64,000 bases of DNA from a virus (taxonomy: Duplodnaviria; Caudoviricetes). Position 1 is the first letter of the stretch; the number at the start of each line of letters is the position of its first letter. Shown one piece after another: positions 47,501 to 58,012 of this stretch. Location: IMG/VR virus record IMGVR_UViG_3300003155_000119, positions 32,001 through 96,000 of that record; one strand, 5' to 3'. The notes beneath the pieces are model-generated. The model was given only the letters and a program-made list of their open reading frames with translations. It was not told the DNA's origin and did no database searches. The translations under genes and the position numbers were made by a program.

Positions 47501-48425
47501 TTTTACTATAAATTTCCATACTATTCTTAAACATTTGCTCAACAAAAGAAATATCATAATTAGATGCGGCCAAATTTTCGATTATCTCTTCATTACTTTG
47601 AAGATACGCATACTCGTAAAAACTATCAACTTCACGCTCTCCGCCTTTAGAGTTAAGATATGCTTTATGCACATACCGGTCCTCTTTCCGCAGATAGTGC
47701 GCGTCTGTACAAACAATCATCTTGAGCCCAAATGCATGAGCAATAGAAAGAAATCTTTGGTTTACTTCAATCTGGTCTTTAGAACAACCTGGAGCGCACT
47801 CCAAATAAAAATCCTCACCGAATAGTTTTTTACACCAGAGAATAAAATTAATGATGTGATTGTGTGCGGCAATGCGGCCAGACTCGTCCCCGTTGCGCTC
47901 AGCTTGAATTAGTTTTAAAGTGGTTTTAGATACTTCGCCGTTCAGACACGCGGTACAAGCGACCAAGGATGAGGGGAATTTTTGAACGATTTTTTCGAGG
48001 TCATCGTAAGTTGTTACGACTCTTTCCATTCCTCTATCGGAGTAAGAATTTAGCCATGCTTTAGAGGATAATTCTCTTAACGCTCTATGCCCTGCCGCGT
48101 TTTTCGCAATAAGAATAAAATGGTAATACTCTTGATTTTTCTCTCTATTTGCGCACAGATAAATTTCGTTACCAAGCGCAATCTTAAAATCAGGATATTT
48201 TTTAATTAATTCTTGCTGATAAATATTTAATTCAGGGTGAGCGGCTAGTGTCTCGTGATCTGTAATTGCAATACCGCTAAGACCCAATTCAACCGCTCTA
48301 TCCACTAAGTCTTTCGGCTTATTGATGCAGTCCAGCAATCTAAGATTAGAATAATGACTGTGAGAATGCAATTCCATCCTTTGATAAACTAAATTAGTTC
48401 TCTTGTAACGGTTCGAGAGTTCCAT
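44505..48425 (-). CDS. dnaE: DNA polymerase III alpha subunit
   Basis: PHP domain (HSHSHYS, AITDH, TDAHY), GRGSA, DIDLD, HASG, YSFS..HA. Confidence 0.95.
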   Translation of the reverse strand: MELSNRYKRTNLVYQRMELHSHSHYSNLRLLDCINKPKDLVDRAVELGLSGIAITDHETLAAHPELNIYQQELIKKYPDFKIALGNEIYLCANREKNQEYYHFILIAKNAAGHRALRELSSKAWLNSYSDRGMERVVTTYDDLEKIVQKFPSSLVACTACLNGEVSKTTLKLIQAERNGDESGRIAAHNHIINFILWCKKLFGEDFYLECAPGCSKDQIEVNQRFLSIAHAFGLKMIVCTDAHYLRKEDRYVHKAYLNSKGGEREVDSFYEYAYLQSNEEIIENLAASNYDISFVEQMFKNSMEIYSKIENYSLQHSQQIPEVEISDYPKQKKETGYKELDRMFNSDDKVERNWINQCWNKLAEKDLLNKKEYLDELEEEAEVKKIVGDKLNTNMFRYPLLLQHYIDMFWECGSTVGVGRGSACAALNHYLLGISQLDPIQYEFPFFRYMNRDTDGLGDIDLDLAPSKRPLIIKNIKDERQKYLNASLSEQEKQNLGCTMIATFGTESSKSAVLTACRGYRSDEFPEGIDVDIAQYLSSLIPSERGFVWSIRDVVYGNDEKGRKPISAFINEVDQYPGLLDIIMGVEGLTKSRGIHASGVVMFENDPYEHCCFMRATSGEIVTQYDLHMDEACGLTKLDALVTSVQDMFVQTLLMMQKDGILEQGLSLRELYNKYLHPDVLPLDDKDTWNTIQNASSLNLFQLDSTIGRQGAKKVRPKNMQELSNTNGLIRLMAEDGGEPPMEKYVRFKKNSELVHKEMKKYGLTEQEEKALNKYVGKSYGIGISQEQLMRTLMDSDICGFSLAQANSARKVVSKKRMDKIAELKSEVFEKASSLAMANYVWDNIASTQLGYSFSDIHAMSYSFIGFQTAYLATHWNPIYWNTACLIVDSESLEESEGQTDYAKIAKALGKIISNGISVSLVNINESDYSFKPDAANNRILYAMNALNKVGGDVIGNIIKNRQYKSLNDFLVKCPLNKTVMISLIKSGAFDETDEVWAKSVNPSAPRRAIMAYYISKICEPKKKLTLQNLSILIQKNLIPDSLSLERQVFLLNKKLKNQKEGKEYYLLKEDDFLFYEEHFSQDDLTIINGENLLPQSKWDNIYSKMMNNIREWLKENQKRVLNELNDLLFKECWDKYAAGTVSAWEMESMCFYYHEHELAKVNTSKYGISDFNKLPTVPKAEKFFKRKGKEIPIYETTRIIGTVLGKNDVRSTVSILTTTGVVDVKFTKEYYANYNRQLSEVQLDGTKKVIDKSWFTRGTKIMVTGYRIDDTFRAKSYSHTSTHQLYRIKDVINNGQDIIIEHERG

Positions 48426-49158
48426 CTAATCTAATCCTTTCATCTAAAGAAATAGCTTTTATCATATCTGAAAGTCCGCTATAAGTATAGAGATTTTTAT
48501 ATCCTTCCTTCCATATATTTAAAAGTTTTTCCCCATTAGCAATTCTTTCTTTTATTTTTTGTTTTTCTTTTAAAGAAATTCTTCTTCTTAGTGACCCTTC
48601 ATATTCTCGTGAAAGGTGAATTTGTTTTTCTCTATTCTTTTGAGTAAAAACTTCTGGCATAATATCCTATGCATTCTGTCCTATCCAGATAGCTTGAAAT
48701 CCTCTCTTTGTTATTTTATTTTTAAATTCATTTTCCCAAATATAAGAAGCAGGATATTTGCATTCTAAATATCTTTTTCTTAAATAAATTACTTCTTCCT
48801 TTGTTAATTTACCATAAGATGCTCTTGGGTCTTTAACAGTTATACCTCCGTCTCCTCCTTCAGTTTCATTATATCCATTATTATAACTATCATAATAAGA
48901 AATCCAAAATTTCTCCCTCTCGTTACATTGCTCATTATAATTTGCATCTAATACTTCTATTATTTCAAAAGAAAAATTCTGAACACCATATTTCCTAAAT
49001 GCTTTATAAAGCGTTTTATTCCACTCTCTAATTGATTCATATTTTTGTTTATGATATTCCCATCTTTTTTTAATATCAGAAGACTTTCCAATATATTTTT
49101 TGTTATTTATTTTATTTGTTATCACATAAATTCCTTTTATTATTTCTTTTTCTTTCAT
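48394..49158 (-). CDS. Free-standing GIY-YIG endonuclease, 254 aa (1 TAG)
   Basis: GIYVITN...YIGKS...GYNETEGG. Two track ORFs joined in frame by TAG 48667-48669: WIGQNA(Q)DIMPEVF. Confidence 0.85.
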
Positions 49159-49188
49159 TTTTTTTTCTCCTTTAGTTTACTCTTTCTT

Positions 49189-49217
49189 ATTATAACATAA
49201 AAATAGATAAAAATCTA
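49189..49217 (-). promoter_or_regulatory. SigmaA-type promoter
   Basis: TAGATT-N17-TATAAT with TG extension. Confidence 0.6.
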
Positions 49218-49227
49218 CCTTGGCCGC

Positions 49228-51525
49228 TCACTCATTCAACACTAAAACTAATTTCTTTGCTGCTCTTGTTACCGCAGTATATAGACATTGCTTATGTAAT
49301 TCTTTCTCAAAAGGAAAAGATTCATCAATAACTAATACTTTATCCCACTCGCTGCCTTGGCTTTTCCATGTCGTAATTGCGTATCCATAAGCAAATTCCT
49401 TCGGCACTTGTCTATGGAAGAATTTAGAGTGGCTCATATTTCTTTCTACTTTTGTATTAAGAGATTTTTCTCCAGTTAGGAGATATTTATTATCAATTAC
49501 TACATCAATAATGTCATTTCCATCAGTATATAATCTTGCTCTTGTTTCATCTACATATGGTTTATCATTTTGTGCTCTATATTTAAGCGGCAAATAAATT
49601 TGTCCTTGCTTTGTGATATTGATATTTCCTAACGTACCATTTATAAGAGCATTACCTTCCTGTGAAATTTCTTTCCAATAGTTACGGAGGCAAATCATTT
49701 TGTCTCCTTCAACAGGATAGGGAGTATTGTATCCTAAAAGACGTCTTATTTGCTCATTTAGATTATTTCTAGTTTTGTTCATATTACAAATAACTTCGTC
49801 TGCCCACAAGAGCATTCCGTTACTTAGTTCTTCTCTTGTAACGATTTGGACTTCTTTCCCTTTAAAAGGCTTCAATGGGCGGCCAAGGCGTATGTCAGTA
49901 CTAACTCTAATAATCTCTGACTCTGCGGCCTGACGCATGATTTCAGTTAGCCTCGCGTGCGGATGGTCTAGTAAGTGATTGTCAGAGTCATCAGATACGG
50001 GCGGAAGTTGATGCTCATCGCCGAGACAAATGACTTGCGTCTCTTCATGACTAAAGAGTAAATCCATCATCTCCCTAGGCGCCATCGAAACTTCATCAAC
50101 CACGACAAGAGAATAAGGCAAAAAATCTAATGGCTCATGAGTAAATGTACCATCCTCATTAGGGATTGACTTATACAATAACTTATGCAAGGTCATTGAA
50201 TTTCGATTGCCTTTCTTCTGAAGAACTTGTGCGGCCTTGCCTGTATAAGTTGCATACGCGACCTCTGCTTCATTAAGACCAAGCTCTTCAATGATGGCTC
50301 TAACTGTAGTTGTATTATGAGTGACGATAAAATCATTTGTTAAGTACAGCTCTGTTGGACTATCAACTTTGATACAAACCATTTCTTTATACTCGTTAAG
50401 AGGATTTATTTCAGAAATAGATACTCTATCATAATTTCTATGCTGTTTTTTATTAATTGCTTCTTCTGCAATACTTCTTTTTCTCTTTAACCTGAACAAT
50501 TTATATTTCTCAGAATTAGGAATGTTAATTGAAATATTATAACAAATACCTGCACGATATTTTTCTTTCCTATTATCCTCTGAAATACTTGACACATAAC
50601 CTAAACTAAATAGGATTTCTCTTATATCGTCAATTAATTGTTTACTAGTATTAGTAAATCTTATAGTATAACGATTTCCGTTTACTGTGATAGAACCATC
50701 TGTATCCATTAATCCTTGAATTAATTTATATCTATCTTCTACAGAGGCATATTTGTAATCATCTGGTATCTTCTTATTAGCAGAAGCACAAATAATATAC
50801 TCACTATATTCGCCAAAAAAGTCATTTGTTTGAATATAACTTTGACTGGCTACACTTTTTATCCGATTATATTCTTCCTCTCCATTCTCGTTTTGAAGGA
50901 ACTGCCAACTATAATTAGTTAAAGAATTCCTTTTATAGCTTTTCGCATTGATTAGTTTAGCAACTTCAGCAACAAGCTCTTCGTCAGAACTAGAAACTGT
51001 TAATTGTCTTTCCAAACAACAGCCATCTCCAAGGAATACTCCAAAAACATAAGGGTCAATAGGAAGTCTAAAAGGATATTCTTTATACTGCACTGGTGTT
51101 TGGCATACAGGAATTTTATATTTGCAAGTATTATCTTTCTTTCCAGAATATAATCCACTATCAAGAATTTCTTGTGTAGTTAGAATTTTAATATTCCCTT
51201 TTTTAGTTTGGACTTGCCATAAATGTTCTTTGCAACAATAAGTTTTTCTTTTATCGCCTAAAACAACTTCATATACTTGCTTTTGTCCTTGTGGATAAAC
51301 ACCAATTATTTTTACTGGTTCCCCATACTCATTAAAAACATAATCTCCAATTTTTAAATCACCCATTTGTTTCTGACCAAGCGGAGTTGGGATAATAGTA
51401 TCTACCGGTTGAGCTTTTCCCGAGCCAGCGGGACCAGATATAACTGTATATCGTTTTCCGTCCTTAAATCGTTGAACTGCAATTTTGAGCGCATTAATTT
51501 GACCTTCATTTAATTCCATTATCAA
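49228..51525 (-). CDS. RecD/Dda-like SF1 helicase with intein
   Basis: GPAGSGK[intein]TT, VVDEVSM, GDEHQLPPV, IMRQA, YAIT..KSQGSE, YTAVTRA. Confidence 0.92.
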   Translation of the reverse strand: MIMELNEGQINALKIAVQRFKDGKRYTVISGPAGSGKAQPVDTIIPTPLGQKQMGDLKIGDYVFNEYGEPVKIIGVYPQGQKQVYEVVLGDKRKTYCCKEHLWQVQTKKGNIKILTTQEILDSGLYSGKKDNTCKYKIPVCQTPVQYKEYPFRLPIDPYVFGVFLGDGCCLERQLTVSSSDEELVAEVAKLINAKSYKRNSLTNYSWQFLQNENGEEEYNRIKSVASQSYIQTNDFFGEYSEYIICASANKKIPDDYKYASVEDRYKLIQGLMDTDGSITVNGNRYTIRFTNTSKQLIDDIREILFSLGYVSSISEDNRKEKYRAGICYNISINIPNSEKYKLFRLKRKRSIAEEAINKKQHRNYDRVSISEINPLNEYKEMVCIKVDSPTELYLTNDFIVTHNTTTVRAIIEELGLNEAEVAYATYTGKAAQVLQKKGNRNSMTLHKLLYKSIPNEDGTFTHEPLDFLPYSLVVVDEVSMAPREMMDLLFSHEETQVICLGDEHQLPPVSDDSDNHLLDHPHARLTEIMRQAAESEIIRVSTDIRLGRPLKPFKGKEVQIVTREELSNGMLLWADEVICNMNKTRNNLNEQIRRLLGYNTPYPVEGDKMICLRNYWKEISQEGNALINGTLGNINITKQGQIYLPLKYRAQNDKPYVDETRARLYTDGNDIIDVVIDNKYLLTGEKSLNTKVERNMSHSKFFHRQVPKEFAYGYAITTWKSQGSEWDKVLVIDESFPFEKELHKQCLYTAVTRAAKKLVLVLNE
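50314..51414 (-). mobile_element. Class 3 intein with LAGLIDADG endonuclease (367 aa)
   Basis: Starts AQPVDT and ends VTHN/T. HLW, MVCIKV and THN give the W-C-T signature. FLGDG and GLMDTDG blocks. Confidence 0.9.
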
Positions 51526-51749
51526 ACCTCCACGTACTCATATCTCATTTTATTCATTTCGCCCTCATACTTGCAAAGCGGACAAACAGATTCATATTTA
51601 TCTCGAAGAGTATAATACTGAATGAAAATGGTAGTTTTAACAAAAGAATATGAATATTCTCCATCATTTGCTTCAAATATAGTTCCACATTTTGGACATT
51701 TTAATATAACTTTCTTATTAGGGATTTTACCTTCTTTAATAATTCTCAT
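51522..51749 (-). CDS. Small zinc-ribbon protein
   Basis: CPKC...CPLC. Confidence 0.75.
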   Translation of the reverse strand: MRIIKEGKIPNKKVILKCPKCGTIFEANDGEYSYSFVKTTIFIQYYTLRDKYESVCPLCKYEGEMNKMRYEYVEV

Positions 51750-51771
51750 AATTATATCATCTCCTTATATA

Positions 51772-51800
51772 ATTATATCATTTTCCTTGTTTTTTGTCAA
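51772..51800 (-). promoter_or_regulatory. Consensus sigmaA promoter
   Basis: TTGACA-N17-TATAAT, directly after a hairpin terminator (51808-51839). Confidence 0.85.
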
Positions 51801-51888
51801 TAAGAAAAAATCGCTTTCAAAATATCTGAAAAGCGATTTACATTTTGGATTTTCTATTGAACTCAGTCCAAGCAACCCATCTAATATA

Positions 51889-53652
51889 TCAAAAGTAGTA
51901 ATCAACTTGATTAACTATTTGATAATCTGTCATAAATATTTGAGCAGAAATATTTCCATTCCATACATTTTTATTACAAGAGCCAACTAAATTAATTTCT
52001 ATATATCCTTCGTCTGTTGGAGATAGGGATTCATATTCATCTACAGATGATTTAAACTTCATAATATTTATTTTATTAGGTAGCGTTATTCGAAGGGTTG
52101 GGTTTTTATCTGGAGACAATAGAGTAATCATATTTTTAGTTATTTTTAATTTTTCTATTGCAATTAAAGGCTCCTCAACGTCTTTCCCATAAAGTTTTCC
52201 TAACGCGGCAATAGCAAGAATATCATCTGAGTCAACATTTTTCTCATTATATATTTTATCTACCAAATAAACAGATTCTTCATCTATATCTTTTAGTAGT
52301 TGATTTGCGGCCAGGACGAAGTCATTCACTCTTTCTTTTGGTATACTTAATCCCGCAGAATTATTATGCCCCTACACCCAGTTAACGCAATGCGTTTTTT
52401 CGCAAATGTCTTTAAAGTTAGTAATGCCTGAACGCTCATATCCGCGCATACTGCCTTCATAATTGTCTCCATTAAGCGCAACTATGCAACAAGGACGTTG
52501 GTATTCTTCTTTTAGCTTATTGGCAATCAGTCCTCTTAATTCAGATTGAACTTCCTCTGGCCGCGTAATGATAAACAATATTTTATTAGAATCTAAGTGT
52601 TCATCTTTAATCTTATTCTCTAATAGAGCGAGTCCTTCCTCTTGAGCTTTAGTTTGTCTCTTTTTTGCATTAGTCACTGCTCTTAATGCTTGAGCTAGCA
52701 CGGTTTCTGTCTCATTTAGTTTATGTCCTCTCTTAGTTGAGGGTATTTTATCATTAGCTTTAAATTCAAGCATCGACTCAAATACTATTTCTTTTTCCTC
52801 TTGCGTTCCTGACCGAGTAATTGCGTTTACAAAAGGAACAATATAGAAAGCAACGCCAAAAGGAGTTATTTCACCTTTTAAAGAGTATGAATTCTTTTCT
52901 ACCGTTGCGGCCAAGAAAGGATTTTGGATGCGTTCCAATCCTTTTTGAATTAGATGCTTAGTCTCTATGGAACGCAAACTCATCACGTCTCCAACGAGCC
53001 CCGCCGCAACTAAATCAAGAAAATCATCTGCGCATTTATCTTTATCATCTAGTTTCTGGTCAATATATCTACAAAATTGCCAAGTAACACCAACGCCAGA
53101 TAATGCTTTATTTGGATACTCGCAGCACTGGTTATTAATAATTATTGCATACTTATAAGTATCAGGATTAGCTATTTCTGTTTGGTGATGGTCTAATACT
53201 ATTACTGGTATATTTGCATCGAATAATCTTTTGTGCTCAGCTATATCAGATGACGCACTATCCGGGCATATGACTAAATCATATTTTAAAGCCTCGTTTA
53301 CACAGTCTTTTAATCCATGTTGTTTACTTGTATGATGTAGCCAAGATAAATTATTTTGGACCCAAGTAGGAAACAAACGATTTAAATAATTAATAAAGAG
53401 AGCACTAGATACATATCCATCCATATCGCAATCCACAATTACCAAGGCTCGTTTATTATCTTTTATAGACGAAAGTAAAACACTTGCCGCATCATAAAGT
53501 CTTGCCTCACCTAGCAATTCTGGCTTACTAATATCTTCATCTGTTGTATTTAGATAATGATTTATTTCGTTATAAGGAATTCCTCGATTAATTAATATTT
53601 GTTCTTCTATTGTATAATTAGGATTTATTTCGTTTATTAATTTATACCTCAT
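51889..53652 (-). CDS. recJ: RecJ-like ssDNA exonuclease (DHH/DHHA1), 587 aa (1 TAG)
   Basis: DCDMDG, HG, PD, LDHH, LSGVGV, GSMRG motifs. TAG 52372-52374 sits in WV(Q)GHNNSAG and joins two track ORFs in frame. Confidence 0.9.
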
Positions 53653-54747
53653 TCATAACATTATCCTTTCTTTAAGTAATTTCATAAATATATCTTTTCC
53701 TTTGTCTATTGGACTGTCTTTATATCCTAATAAGCCTCTCCTATCAAATATAAAGCTAATTTGAAAGAAAGATTTATATTTATCATTTATTTTCTTTAAT
53801 TTATTAGTCCAAGTTTTATATTCCTCGTCTCCGACTTTCTTGAATTGCCTGTCAAAAGCTACCAGTATTTCGTTCACACCAAGAGCAGAAAGCAAATTGG
53901 CTTGATAGTTAAGTAAATTACTTCCGCAACACGCAACACTAATATCACTCTCGCGGCCAAAAAAAGTCCTATAAGACAAAGTTGCTTTTTCAGATTCAAA
54001 TATAATTGCCTTTTTAATAATTTGTATGTTTTGTTTGCTATTGTTCAGATTGTATAAATTAAAACCTAATGGGTGAGAATAAAGTACTCCATTTAAATAG
54101 GCAGGACGATATTTACCATTAGATTCTTCCTCTTTAATAAGCGTTCTTTCTCTTATTCCGATTAAGCGATTATCTATGTCATAATGAGGAATTACTATTC
54201 CTTGATTAATTGGGTCATAACAGATATTAGCTTCTTTAATTGCAGTACTTGAAATACCTTCTCTTTCCCAAGGTATGATGCGCGGTCTAGGTAAAAAATC
54301 TAATATACTAGTATCATAAATTTTTAGATTAATTCTTTGCTCTTGCGGCAGGTCAGCTCTATCATTATATTGTTTTAATATGTCCCAGTCTGGTAGACTT
54401 GATGGTAGTTCATCAAAGTCTAAATGTTCCTCTTCTATTGCTAATCCAAAATAATCTGCGGTGAAAGTAATTGCTTTGTTTAGAGGAATTTTTTTTACTT
54501 TCATAGTAAGCTGGTATATATCAAAGCTAGGTTCCTCGCATCCAGTGTAACAATGGAAAAGGTGAGTATTATCATAATAATATAACTTATAACTAGCTTC
54601 ATCATAGTGGGCAATGTCGTTATGACAGATAGTCCTACTAACGAAACTATTGCCTTTGTCATACCTCGGTTCTCCTCCTAAATATTCAACAAACTCAAAT
54701 ACTTGTTCTATAGAGAGTTCGTTCTTCAAAGTATCTTTATTAAGCAT
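53653..54747 (-). CDS. DNA primase
   Basis: Zinc-binding CH..CYTGC, TOPRIM FESEK and AFD. Adjacent to DnaB. Confidence 0.85.
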   Translation of the reverse strand: MLNKDTLKNELSIEQVFEFVEYLGGEPRYDKGNSFVSRTICHNDIAHYDEASYKLYYYDNTHLFHCYTGCEEPSFDIYQLTMKVKKIPLNKAITFTADYFGLAIEEEHLDFDELPSSLPDWDILKQYNDRADLPQEQRINLKIYDTSILDFLPRPRIIPWEREGISSTAIKEANICYDPINQGIVIPHYDIDNRLIGIRERTLIKEEESNGKYRPAYLNGVLYSHPLGFNLYNLNNSKQNIQIIKKAIIFESEKATLSYRTFFGRESDISVACCGSNLLNYQANLLSALGVNEILVAFDRQFKKVGDEEYKTWTNKLKKINDKYKSFFQISFIFDRRGLLGYKDSPIDKGKDIFMKLLKERIML

Positions 54748-54749
54748 TA

Positions 54750-57377
54750 TTACTTTTCATCCTCGTCCTCAAAATTCATAACTTGGATATTTGTCTCCTC
54801 AATAGGCAATAATTCATAATTATAATTCGTTACAAATATTGGATTAATGCGGCAAGTACTTCTATCTGCTTTACACCATAACAAAACACCTTTCCATCTA
54901 CCGCGTCTATTTTTATATATACTTATTTTCATTTCAGGCATTTCAATACCTAGTCTATTTACAATATCTATTAATGCCTCTTTATCTCGTTCAGTTGTAT
55001 CTAGCGCAATCATGCCAATATCCACTCTGTCTGAAATCGCTTTCGATCCTCTCAACAGGTTCTGGTCAAAAACGTCTGCGTCGGCCCATCCGCCATTTAA
55101 CTGTGTGCTAGTCATGATGAAGACACCATACTCATTACATAAATCCTTTAGCCGCGTACTAATCATAAAGAGTACATTATCTTCACGCAGATTTGCGACT
55201 CTAGCTTTGCTACTAACTTCACTCAGAATCTTCATTGACGAATGCAAGTAATCAAAAAATACATATTTAGTATTCCAATCATGAACAGCAAATTTAATTG
55301 TATTTTCAATATCTTGCAACGAAAAATCTGGCAAGTATTTGATATGAAGAGGAGAACTCTTTAACACATTAGCAGCGTAAAGTACACGCTCTTCTTCATT
55401 ATCTTCATACTTCGCGGTCAAAATATGCTCTTCATCTACTTCCGCCAAAAATGCGAGAATTGCAGTTTGAACTTCATCTAGTCTTTGTTCTGTTGTGATG
55501 AATAAAGTAGACTCTTTAATTCCGTTTTTTCTCCATTCTCCTTTAGTCTTATCATACAAAGTGTCGCAAGCCATATTACAAGCATCAGCCACCATCATTC
55601 TTGTATTATGCGTTACAATGAAATCATTGGCTAAAAACAAATGGTCTTTATTGTCTACAGTAAAACAAGTCATATTAGTATATTCATTAGTAGGGTAAAT
55701 ATCTACAATAGGAAGGAAGTCTTTCTTTTCTTCTCTCTTCCCATTGTTTGCGTACGCCTCTGCGATAACTTTTTTTCGTTTTAAAGAGAAAAGCATTGGC
55801 TTGGTAGACTTACAACATTGAATACGAACAGTATACCCAACTCCTGTAGTATATTTCTCTTTTCTTTTGTCTAATATAACGGAAGTCATCATTCCTAAAC
55901 TTCTGCATAATTCTATTACATTGTCTTTCAGCTTAGAAGAAATTGTATAATAAGAGATTCTTCCCCTCTCATCTATATGTCCGTCCGTATCCAATAAACC
56001 CGCAAGTAATGCGTATCTCTGATAAATGTCGCTCATTAAGTATTCTTCTGGAATAAATTTATCTTCTGATTTAGTATTCCAGAGTTCTGGATAATTACAT
56101 AGAATTTCTTCTACCCACAAATTATGCTTAGGATTTTCAATCGGTTTAAATGTATAACTATAGTTAAAATTACTATTTTTATGCGGGACGATATTTTTAC
56201 CTAGTTCTTTAGCGACTCTATTTGGCAATTCATCATCTGCGCTACTAAAAGAAAGACCTTTTTGACTAGAATCATACCTAAAACTACCATCTCCTAGTAA
56301 AGCGCCCATAGCATAAGGACTTGGATATAACTTTTTCGTAGTATAAGCTACTGGCTCATTCATTCTAACAGCAAATCTATATCCTGTGTCTTTAAATCCT
56401 CCTCTCTCTTTAGCTCTTTTATAAATTTCTTCAGTAGATTCTACTTTTAATAAATTACGTTTTCTATCATATCGGTATTCCCATAGATGGTCTTTACAAC
56501 ATTTTACGGCCCTGCCATCTTTAAAGACAACTTCCCATACTTGTTTTAACTCTGATTGAGGATGAATAGCAAGAACTTCCGTTGGGTTGCCGTCTTGTCC
56601 AAATAAATAATCTCCAGGTCTAATATCTCCTACTCTTTTCCATCCGTTGGGCGTAGGAATTAGAGTGTCATTTGGAAGAGCTTTTCCGACTCCAGTACCG
56701 GCGGAACGAAGATAAAATTTCCCGAGACGAGCTCCGCGCGTAACTGTATTAATTAAAGTGCCGTAAAGAGGAGAACCAACCTCTGGCCGCGTCTTTAAAC
56801 TCTCAATTAAGTCGTCAATACCTTCCGCGGCTTGGTGAAAGTCTTTTTCTGTTATATTAGCATATTTTAATTTAATTTGAATAATTTTATCATCAATAGA
56901 ATCAGCAATGTCACTTAAACTTGTATTATCCAGCCATTCTTCTTGCTTTTGTTTTTTCTTTACATCAAATACATTATCTACGTCATATAAATCAGAAATA
57001 TCTAGTCCTACATCATCATACATACGAAGTAAAGTAAATTTCTTCATTCTATTGTAGTAATAAGTAAAAGCTGAAGGCTGAGCCATCTTGCTTACTTGCT
57101 CTAACCACTTTGCTCCGTTATTAGCTTTATAAATCCCATAATTCTTTGGCCGCGTAGACAGGAACTCTTCAATAGTAGATACATCTATTTGACGAGCACC
57201 TAATTGAAACAAATTATAGATAGAACCAAAAATTGTTTTATGAAAATCTTCTGTAAAGTCATCAAGAGAAAAAGAATACTTATCTGATTGCTCAATAAGA
57301 GACGGATTTAAATATACACATCCAATAACTTGCATATTTGCTTGAATGTCTACAATTTTATTTTTAGCTCTTGCCAT
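54750..57377 (-). CDS. dnaB: DnaB-like replicative helicase with intein
   Basis: SAGTGVGK[intein]TR, FITTEQ, FFDYL, TQLN, LRGSKAI.D, KNRRG. Confidence 0.92.
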   Translation of the reverse strand: MARAKNKIVDIQANMQVIGCVYLNPSLIEQSDKYSFSLDDFTEDFHKTIFGSIYNLFQLGARQIDVSTIEEFLSTRPKNYGIYKANNGAKWLEQVSKMAQPSAFTYYYNRMKKFTLLRMYDDVGLDISDLYDVDNVFDVKKKQKQEEWLDNTSLSDIADSIDDKIIQIKLKYANITEKDFHQAAEGIDDLIESLKTRPEVGSPLYGTLINTVTRGARLGKFYLRSAGTGVGKALPNDTLIPTPNGWKRVGDIRPGDYLFGQDGNPTEVLAIHPQSELKQVWEVVFKDGRAVKCCKDHLWEYRYDRKRNLLKVESTEEIYKRAKERGGFKDTGYRFAVRMNEPVAYTTKKLYPSPYAMGALLGDGSFRYDSSQKGLSFSSADDELPNRVAKELGKNIVPHKNSNFNYSYTFKPIENPKHNLWVEEILCNYPELWNTKSEDKFIPEEYLMSDIYQRYALLAGLLDTDGHIDERGRISYYTISSKLKDNVIELCRSLGMMTSVILDKRKEKYTTGVGYTVRIQCCKSTKPMLFSLKRKKVIAEAYANNGKREEKKDFLPIVDIYPTNEYTNMTCFTVDNKDHLFLANDFIVTHNTRMMVADACNMACDTLYDKTKGEWRKNGIKESTLFITTEQRLDEVQTAILAFLAEVDEEHILTAKYEDNEEERVLYAANVLKSSPLHIKYLPDFSLQDIENTIKFAVHDWNTKYVFFDYLHSSMKILSEVSSKARVANLREDNVLFMISTRLKDLCNEYGVFIMTSTQLNGGWADADVFDQNLLRGSKAISDRVDIGMIALDTTERDKEALIDIVNRLGIEMPEMKISIYKNRRGRWKGVLLWCKADRSTCRINPIFVTNYNYELLPIEETNIQVMNFEDEDEK
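55605..56681 (-). mobile_element. Class 3 intein with LAGLIDADG endonuclease (359 aa)
   Basis: Starts ALPNDT and ends VTHN/T. HLW, MTCFTV, THN. LLGDG and LAGLLDTDG blocks. Confidence 0.9.
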
Positions 57378-57384
57378 ATAATAT

Positions 57385-57930
57385 TTAATTATCCCCTTTC
57401 TCGAACGAATCTATATCTAACATCTTAATATTTCTTATTGGTTGCGGCTCAAGGATTTTTATCTGCTCTGACTCTTGTTTATAATTATCTAAAGCGTTTT
57501 TATTATTTACATAAATTTTTTGATAATAGCTCTTTGCTTCCTGATAATATCTAGCTACCACATTTATGTGTCCGCCTAAACGAAAACGATCTATCTGTTT
57601 TACCTCAAATAAATAAATAAGAGTTTTATGAATCCCGCTTAGAGAGAAGCCCATCTGTTGAAACTGTTTAATTTCTCTTCCAATAACCGGCCAATTTGGA
57701 TTCATTCCTTTGAACGCTTCATGAATGTACTGTCTTAAAGTGTTCATATCAGTCTCTCGTTTCTCTTCTTCGCTTAAATTGCGTATCCGATGTGCATGAA
57801 ATTTATCATAACATTTTTTATGGCACCAACGAGAATTGCTGATTTGAATAATTCCTTCACCAGATTTTTTTATGCCTTTGCCGCAATACACGCAATGAAC
57901 TAGTTGATTTTCACTTGTCGTCATAAGCAT
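57385..57930 (-). CDS. Zinc-finger protein preceding DnaB (possible replication accessory factor)
   Basis: CVYC...HKKC. Function inferred from position. Confidence 0.65.
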   Translation of the reverse strand: MLMTTSENQLVHCVYCGKGIKKSGEGIIQISNSRWCHKKCYDKFHAHRIRNLSEEEKRETDMNTLRQYIHEAFKGMNPNWPVIGREIKQFQQMGFSLSGIHKTLIYLFEVKQIDRFRLGGHINVVARYYQEAKSYYQKIYVNNKNALDNYKQESEQIKILEPQPIRNIKMLDIDSFEKGDN

Positions 57931-57945
57931 AACCTCCCTTTATAT

Positions 57946-57974
57946 ATTATACCATAATAAAAGAAAAAAGTCAA
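57946..57974 (-). promoter_or_regulatory. SigmaA promoter
   Basis: TTGACT-N17-TATAAT with TG extension. The -35 overlaps a terminator stem. Confidence 0.8.
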
Positions 57975-58012
57975 ACAGATAATTCTCTTAATCTGCTTGA
58001 CTATTGTTTTAA

